A stretch of 64,000 bases of DNA. Origin: the human T2T-CHM13v2.0 reference genome, Homo sapiens. Both the position numbers and the translations under genes were made by a program. The stretch lies in the NCBI RefSeq assembly GCF_009914755.1, contig NC_060939.1. One strand, given 5' to 3'. The notes beneath the pieces were generated by a model that did not search any database, was not told where the DNA came from, and was given only the letters and a program-made list of their open reading frames with translations. Of this stretch, positions 55,621 to 64,000 are shown piece by piece; position 1 is the stretch's first letter; every line of letters starts with the position of its first letter.

Positions 55621-57199
55621 AAGCAAGCAATCCACTTCCACTGAGGCCCCACCTCCCACTGTTGTTAGCTCAGTGCCAATAGCTGCCTTTTACTCCACGT
55701 CATGGACAGTCTAGCCCATGGTACGCCGCTAACTGGCCTCTCCATCTTGACCAAACCTCCACAAGGCCTCAGGTTTGCAGGGTCCTGTAGACACAAAGTC
55801 TGCGCCTCCTATTCAGACCTGAGCCTTTCCCTGCAGTGTGGACACTCCGCAGAGCACCTGGTAGGAACAGGCCCCTTTCCCTTTTCCTAGGCAGAGTGCC
55901 CTATGACTCTTCTGCCCACAAGCCCAGTCCTGTAGTCCCACAGTTTTCACGACCCCATCCAAGGCGCACAGAACCCATCCACAGCTGAACCTAAGCAGAG
56001 TAGACTTTTGCCAGGTGTGCACCTGGCCAATACACTGCCTATCTTGTGGCATGGTACTGTGGGTCAGCAAGGGGCATGTAACCCACAGACTGGAGAGAAT
56101 AATGACTAACCAAAACAGGTGTATATAAAGAATTCAGTGCAACATTTTACAGTAAACCTTCAATGTTTGGCTTCACTGTAAATGCCATTGTTGCTTCTAG
56201 ACATCTGCACCTATATTTGCTCCGTGTATTAACTCACAATGACTTCTGATGAGACTTTAATTGCTTACAGTCATGCAAAGGCAGAGTGTACTAGTGCACC
56301 TTGCCATGGGCCTCAGCTCTGTCATTCACTGCCACCTTCAGACAGTCATTCCCCTTCCTGGCTTTGCTATCTGTAAAAATGACTAATCAGTGATCACCAA
56401 GGGCCCTTCCTTGTAAAACATATCTCCTTCCATTAGCTTTCCAATTATGCATCCAGTTCAACCAATTAACAAATATTGATTGATGTTCCACGACCTGCCA
56501 AAAGTGAAAATGCTTTTCATCTCTATCTAGAACATGATTTAAATCTGTTTTTGTATCATGCAGAATGGAAAATACGAAGCACTAAGATCAAAGTTAAGAG
56601 CCATAAGGCCTTGATTGTCTCTTCCTTTCCCCTGGAATGTGATACCAGGCAATACCTGGCCCTTTCCTGAGCAGATGAAACTTACACTTCCGGGCATCTC
56701 ACTTGCACTCACATAGGCACCTTGCATGGCCCAGGGAGGGGCTTCAGCAGTATATGCACATGGTCATATCTTTTTGTCCTATTTTCAAAAGTAAGACATT
56801 TTAGCTGCAATCAGTGAAGGCTGTGTCTCTTCCCACTGCTGACGCCCCCCTCCAATCAGGCCTTCCATCATGTTAAGTGGAAGGGGAGTGAGACTCCCCA
56901 TGAGAACTTTTGGGGTCTAGCTAAGGACAAATTGAGTTGGGGGCACATTGACTTGAGTAGAATATGTGCATGTGGTTCACAGTAACTTCCTTGGAGAGCT
57001 GAGTTATTGCTGTCCTGGTGTAGGAATGACGTCCAGGGATACTTCTACTACCCTCCAAGCAGACTCACTGAGAGCCATGACACCAAGATAGATCATGTCC
57101 TGATATGGTCATGTGCTACTACTGTCCACACCACCAGTAGCATGTGATTAGAGAAAAAAATAGATACAGAAGCTGGTCTGAAATATCCTTCCAAATCTC

Positions 57200-57650
57200 A
57201 CAACTCATATATGACATATGAAAGAAAATTGATGGAGGAAATTTAAAATTTGGCAACAATTCTAAATATTTACCTGACATGAAAGTGCTTTTTATCTGTA
57301 TAGCAGGTTGAGAAGCTAAAAGAAACATCTCAAACTATGAATAACACCAAAAAATGTTTAATTAACCACAACAGAGTAGACTCCATTATCTTGAGTCTCT
57401 CTATAAAAAGCAATATCAAAAACACTGCTATCAAAGACGATGCAGGCAAAAGATCAAAAAAAAATGACAGAGTATTCCAGGCAGATAATTAATTTAAAAT
57501 ATCATATTATTTTGTGATGTTCGTAGTTTTGTCAACTTAAAAATTGTGTAGCTTGTGATTTTTCTTTTCTACATATCCTCTTGCATACCTAATTTTATTA
57601 ATTCACAAATTGCATTACTATTCTGAAAGAGGATCCTCCAACTGCAGAAC
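57200..57650 (+). mobile_element. Degenerate hAT (Tip100/Zaphod/Arthur-like) transposase 3' fragment
   Basis: agactccattatctt..tctctctataaaaagcaatatc resembles the hAT dimerisation-domain coding end (RL..LS..S.E.DI). Confidence 0.4.
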
Positions 57651-57934
57651 ATCAAAGCTCCCCCACCACCAGGACCTGCCCCCTAACTGCACCTGAACTT
57701 GAGAATCTTCAGTTTTTCTGAGTGGCCTGGGGTCTCAGAGTGGACATCATTCACAGGGCAGTCAAGGGGATGGCAAAGGGATGGCCACCAGGCAGCCAAT
57801 CCTAGGAGACATGGGCAAGCCAAGCATGGCAGCAGGCCTGATCCGACCCACTTCTATTGTCTTCATGAAACTAGATGCTGGGGAGACACCTGATCACTGC
57901 TCTCTTGCCTCATTTGGGGCAAATAAGCACGACA

Positions 57935-57976
<42 letters not shown>
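57935..57976. repeat. (CA)n microsatellite
   Basis: Direct reading. Confidence 0.97.
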
Positions 57977-57978
<2 letters not shown>

Positions 57979-59728
57979 CAAGCCAGCAGGGCCCATCCAA
58001 AGGCCTCAGGCAGGAGCTCTGCAGGCACTTTCTGTCCTCCTCTTCTGGAGCCTTACAGCCCACCTTTGACAAGAGATTCAGACACCTTGAATTCCTGTGC
58101 TTACCAACGGCCAGGCCAAGGAGAGTCCAGGAATGCCACCTGCTTCCCATGAGAAAGGAATTTCTCACATGACACAGGGAAAGAGTATGCCCCCCAACTC
58201 CCGGAATTGGGAGGATGACATGAGACAGGAGGGATGGGAGCAGTGTTTCTAGAATGCTGTGTGTAGGTGCTTATAGAGTCCACATGAAAGATAGAAACAA
58301 AGTCCAGACCCTGCACTTGATCTTCGTTTAACCAGTACAATTTATCTTTTCATCTGAGCAAGCTCCAGTTCTGCCAAGTAGTCGCCACTCTATATCCCTG
58401 ACTCTGGGCCACTGTAGAGTATTCTTGTTACCGGCCAGGACTCAAACTATTTAAACTTGCAAATAGGCTACTTGAGTCTGCAAGGACTTGGGGTGATGCA
58501 GCCAGAGAGGACACGAACACGTTACCTCCACTACACTCTCAGACTCTCAGACCATTTGCTTTGGTTCTCAGGAGCTTCTGCCCAGCCCGACTCCCCTTTT
58601 GGCCCTATGGAAGTTGAACTTGAGGCTCCAGAGGCAGGCTACACAAGGAGCTCCTTGCTGGCATGCCTCCAAACGGTATCCACCAGCGCCTGCTCCGATT
58701 CACGCCAAGGTGACATGCACACATTTGAGCTGGTGAGGTACTTAAGAGGCAGGACTTCTGGTTCATTAAGCAGCGCCCTCCAGGACTACATACCTGATAG
58801 GAAGGATAAACAACTCAGTTAGTAAAGACTGTCCGTCATCTCCAGCTTGCCAAGGAAACAACTATCAAGAGCTTTCTTCTGATGAAATATCAATTTCTGT
58901 GCATCACTATGCAGCAGTGACTTCCTCCGCCCACCCTCACCCCCCGGCATCCATCAATCTTCCTTACAAAAATGATTACAGATAAATGGACAGTGAAAAT
59001 CACAACTGCCCCGGGCATCTCTAACTCCCTGTTGCAGTTTTCACGTGCAGCATGCAGTGTGAGTTTTGCCCTCAGAGGGGCTCTGTGTGCAGGCTGCTCT
59101 TGCCTTTCCCAGTGGGAAACGAGTGGAGCCTGCCTCTGTTATTCGCTAAATCTTTCCAACATGCAACATAGCCTCACCTTAGAGAATGCTGGACAACTCA
59201 ATGTCAAAAATAGCCTGTTTCATTGCCAATACGCAAGGCCAACCCTAGGCACCAAGAATGAAGATTAATGCCAAATCTCAATTCCTGGTTCCTCACATCC
59301 TCCTTGATTTTTAAAAAAGTGAGGGAAAAAAAAAATCTGAGGTGGACAAGAAGCCTATTTGGCCTCCTGCTGAAAAGATATTAGTTTAATACACATTTTA
59401 TTAAACATTATTTTCATACATGCATTCTGCACCTAGCATGTACGAGGCCATATACTGAGCATTTTGCACACGTTACCTTTTGTAATCCTTGCAATAACCC
59501 TTGAATTAAGTAGTGAGCTAAAAAGAAAGAGGCAGAATGGGCCAGAAATCCAACTTTCTCGGATTCTGATTCTGTGCTGTGTCTTGGTGCATAATTTTAA
59601 GAATCATGGGTATCTCCCTTCAAGAGCCTTCCCTACTTCCACCACTTCGGAAGTACATCCTGGAAGGGACCAGGTAGAGGCAGAGCCAGCGGCCAGCTGC
59701 TGGGAGGAGAAGTAGAGAGGGCTACTTA

Positions 59729-60169
<441 letters not shown>

Positions 60170-60530
60170 TATATATATATATGTATATATATACATACAC
60201 ACACACACACATATATACATATATATGTATACATATATGTGCGTGTGTGTGTATATATATATCCCTAAATCTGGGATGCTTGGCTCAAATCTGCCCTACA
60301 AAATTGACCCAAGTTCCCAAGTTGACATTGTATCTCTTGAGAAAGGGGTCTATTCAGTGTTTAGAACTGTAATATATACACACAAATACAAAAAGTACAG
60401 AAGATAATATAATACACACCATGCATTCCCCCTCCAAAAATGAGAAGTATTGTTTCCACCTCTAAAAATCACAGGTTTACTAACTTCTTCTAAGAATCTA
60501 GACAAAGAGGCCTTCTAAGAAATGTTTTCG

Positions 60531-60549
60531 ATGGTGCCACCTGGTGGAT
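60531..60549 (-). promoter_or_regulatory. Candidate CTCF binding site
   Basis: Minus strand ATCCACCAGGTGGCACCAT matches the CTCF core CCASYAGRKGGCRS exactly. Confidence 0.6.
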
Positions 60550-61426
60550 TCATCCTAAAAGTGCTATCTGCTCTTGCTCACAATTAAACTGACTTAAGAG
60601 GACAAATTCTCATACATAATGAGATATTTGACCCACTAATTTTTTCCCCCAGCTTTCCTTTATTTTCTCTCTAGGCATCCTCAGCCTCCCTTCCATTCCA
60701 CTACAATCAACTGATCCTTGGAGTTCCCATTTCATTTCATAGCCTTTCTGCTGCATTAGAGCAATTTTACAGCAAGATTTACAACAATGTCAGGAATAAA
60801 GAAAACTGTTGTAAAATAGCCATGGACAACATTACAAACTGGCAATAAAATCGACCATAATGCACAGCTGGTATTTATGTAAGCCACCTGTTCCATTTTT
60901 AGCTACTCCTGATCCCTGCTTTTATCCCATTCACTGTGCTTTGAAATACCTTTTACTTGTCTCCTTCTCCTCTAAAGGTCTTCAGAACTGATAAGTTCCA
61001 GAATTTGCTGAGCCCTCATATTGGGGTACCCTTGCTCATCTATGAGCCCAAAGGCCCAACATGGCTGAACTTTGCTTCCCAGTCTTTGAACTCTGCCAAA
61101 ACCTGGATATTGAACAGAAGAAAAGTTTCAGCAAAACCCTCATGCAACTGCAAGATACATTTAAATATAAATACATATACTCATCTAAAAAAATTAAACA
61201 GTCAAGGAACTATGTACTGTTCACCCACTATGGAGAAAATACTAGAGCCATAATTTGTAGGACTGGTTCCCATTGAATGAGCAGCATCTAAGTATGAGCT
61301 TAAAATTTTACACATTATCTCTAATTCATGCAGCAACTCTTCAAGGTTGCTTGAATCAATTACTCACTACCTCTGTGACTTCAGTAAATAATTCTATCAA
61401 TCTCAGTTTAGAAGTTGGCCTATCAG

Positions 61427-61698
61427 GGCCAGGCGCAGTGGCTAACGCCTGTAATCTTAGCAATTTGAGAGGCTTAAGTGGGCAGATCACTTGAGGTCAG
61501 GAGTTTGAAACCAGCCTGGTCAACAAGGTGAAACTCCATCTCTACTAAAAATACAAAAAAAAAAAAATAATTAGCCAGGCGTGGTGGTGCGTGCCTGTAG
61601 TCCCAGCTAGTCAGGAAGCTGAGGCAGGAGAATTGCTTGAACCCAGGAGGTGGAGGTTGCAGTGAGCCAAGATAGCGCCACTGCACTACAGCCTGGGT
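61427..61698 (+). mobile_element. AluS/J
   Basis: ggccaggcgcagtggctaacgcctgtaatc...ctacagcctgggt; TSD ggcctatca. Confidence 0.9.
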
Positions 61699-61707
61699 AG
61701 CTCGGTT

Positions 61708-61827
61708 GAAGAAGAGGAAGAGGAGGAGGAAGGAGAGGAAGAGGAAGAGGAGCAGAAGAAGAAGTAGAAGGAGAGGGAGAGGAAAAGGGAGGAGGAGGAA
61801 GAGGGAAAGGGGAGGGGAAGGGAAGGG

Positions 61828-61862
<35 letters not shown>

Positions 61863-61865
61863 AGG
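61708..61865. repeat. Polypurine (GAA/GGA) tract replacing the Alu tail
   Basis: About 158 nt with only two pyrimidines. Confidence 0.95.
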
Positions 61866-61934
61866 CGGCGGCCTATCAACTGTGTGGAATTGTAGTGAAA
61901 ATTTAGAGTAGCTGTTTTAACAGGTAAGATTCAC

Positions 61935-62150
61935 CAAATGTTTATTCTGTACTAAGCATCCTTATAGGAACTCTCCACATATTAACTCATTTTATATAGT
62001 CACAACCAACCTATGAGATGAGTACTATTAATATGCCCAGTTCATAAAAGAAAGCTGATACACAGACAAGTAACTTGCCAAAGGCCACAAACCCGTAAGT
62101 AGCAAAGCCAGGATGTGAACCCCCCCAAAAATCATATTCCAGAGCACTCT
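61935..62150 (-). mobile_element. MIR
   Basis: caacctatgagatgagtactatta..aagtaacttgccaaaggccaca..gtaagtagcaaagccaggatgtgaaccc. Confidence 0.75.
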
Positions 62151-62209
62151 GTTCTTCATACAGAGAGATATGACTATTATTTAGATCATTAATTTTTTAA
62201 AAATCAAGG

Positions 62210-63702
62210 AGTGAAGTCAGCATAAATGATGGAAATAAAGACTAACAAAACTTCTGTTCTCCACAGAAACAAGGAGAAAGTTGGCAAAGATTATTAGAAT
62301 CAACTTTTCCAGAACTCTAGAAATTGACCTCTAGAAATTGACCAAAGACTTGTAGCAACTCAAGAAGCATGTATTTAAGAAAACCAGCCAATTCTCAATA
62401 AGAACAGTAAGCTTTGTGGCATTTTACCTTGATTCACTCTCATGCCTCACTTTCCTTTCCTGCAGTGGCCTTGAAAAATGACACCCCACATTCCTGGAGC
62501 GGTACTGGAGCCACCAGAGTGAGCAGAATGAAGCTGTTTTTAAAGCCTCATTCCCAAAGATTTGTCCTTTCGGAACTGTCTCGTCAGACCTGTCTGGTAA
62601 TACTCTGGAAGACTCCACATGCAAGATTGTCTGTATTTGACCTGACTTGGAGATTTACTGGTTTCTGGTATTTACAGAAATCTCTGTCCTATCCTTACTC
62701 AACAACCAAGCTAACCAAATAGAGACTTCAGTTGCCACAAGTAACAAAGAGTACAGACTTTGTAGAATTAGTTCAAAAAAATTATTAAATATACAAAACA
62801 GCTAAAAAATTGCAGCACCAACAATATACTCTGGGGAGGGAGATAATGATTTTAAGAGGTGTCACAATGTATTATTTTAAGTAGTCATCAACAGAAATTA
62901 CAAGGCATGTAAAGAAACAAAGTATGGCTCTATAATAGGAAATTAAGCAACTAATAGAAACGGTTCCGAGAAAGTACAGACTTTAGTCTTACTAGAAAAT
63001 ACTTTAAAATTGGTTATTTTAAATGTGCTCCAAGAGCTAACAGAATGTGTGTCTAAACAACTGCAGTAAATTATGAAAACAATGTCTCACCAAATGCAAA
63101 TATTCACAAAGGGATCGAAATTACATATTTTTGAAAAATTTATAGAAATTCTGGAGTTAAAAAGTACAACTAAAATGAAAATTTCACTATAGGAGCTGAG
63201 CACAAAATTTGAAGAAGCAGAAGAGAGTATAGCAAACTTGAAGATAGGTCAATTGATATTATCTAGTTTGAAGAACAAGAAGAAAGAAAATGAACACAGC
63301 TTTGGAGGCCTTTGGGACATCAGCAACAAAGCAAGATGTAGATTAGAAGAACTTCAGAAAGAAGGGAGACAGAGAAAGGGATAGAAAGAATATTTGAAGA
63401 AATAACGAATCAAAACTTCCCAAACTTGATGGAAAACATCAATCTACATATCTAAGAAGCTCAACAAACTGCAAGTAGAGTAAACTCAAAGAGATACACA
63501 GTCAGACACATCATAATCAAACTGTTGAGAGAATCTTGAAAGCACGAGAGACAAGTCATGTTCAAGGATCCTCAGTAAGCTGATTTCTCACCATAAACCA
63601 CGGAGGCCAGAAGATACTGGATGACATATTCAAAGAGCTGACCAATGTCAACAAAGAATTCTATGTCCAGCAATATTATCCTTCAAAAATAAAGAAAAAA
63701 TT
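62210..63702 (+). mobile_element. Ancient L1M 5'UTR/ORF1, truncated by a GC-rich insert
   Basis: agaatatttgaagaaataa..aaaacttcccaaacttgatg, gaagctcaacaaact, gctgatttctca, gaattctatgtccagcaa (ORF1 C-terminus). Confidence 0.8.
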
Positions 63703-64000
63703 GGGACGCGGGGGCCCAGAGCTTTCGGGCAGGCCCAGCCATTGAAACCCGAGACGCGGGGAGGAGCTGTCGCTGCGCTCCGGGAGGAACGAGGGCGGCC
63801 CTGGGCCTGGCCAGAGCGGCTCCCCTTACCTGTGACTCAACAGGCGGCCTCAGCCTCCATCCTCGGGCTAGGCTGGCGCCGCGCCCCGCCCCGGAGGCTG
63901 TCCCTGTGCCCCTGGCGTCCTCCTCCCTCTCCCATTCCTCCCCAGGGGCTGCCCCCGTTCCCCGCTCCCCGGCCCCTTCCCCTCCCCCAGGGTCACCACC
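63703..64000. other. CpG-island-like GC-rich segment inserted into L1 ORF1 (probable 5' end of a retrocopy or duplicated promoter/exon 1)
   Basis: Abrupt switch after aaagaaaaaatt to high GC with many CpGs; GC box ccccgcccc; AP-1 tgactca; antisense donor (CAG|GTAAGG on the minus strand at ~63825-63833). Confidence 0.6.

Noticed and set aside
58768-58788. Second CTCF-like site (cagcgccctccagg)
   Set aside because: Core spacing is two bases short of the consensus.
61607-61906. Pro-rich and Arg/Lys-rich ORFs
   Set aside because: Translations of the polypurine simple repeat.

Overview
Primate (human-like) genomic DNA with no intact protein-coding gene. Roughly half or more is interspersed repeat: Alu J/S/Y, L1PA/L1MA/L1MC/L1ME, MIR, L2, MaLR and ERVL LTRs and internal fragments, and Tigger and hAT DNA transposons. 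The main non-repeat signal is a chain of 7 (possibly 8-9) + strand exon-like segments between ~43 and ~19.3 kb. They have AG/GT boundaries and can be spliced into one phase-compatible ~390-codon reading frame interrupted only by TGA/TAG stops. This looks like the 3' part of a dead, intron-containing (unitary-type) gene that I cannot name. Other notable items are two U6 snRNA retrocopies, each with its own TSD and each sitting just 5' of a same-strand L1; a 104-bp near-identical templated duplication; a ~300-bp microhomology-bounded inversion inside a MaLR internal sequence; a 35-bp minisatellite with 70-bp higher-order periodicity; a perfect CTCF core; and a CpG-rich insert that interrupts an L1 ORF1 at the window end. 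Repeat subfamily names come from my recall of consensus sequences, and repeat boundaries are approximate.
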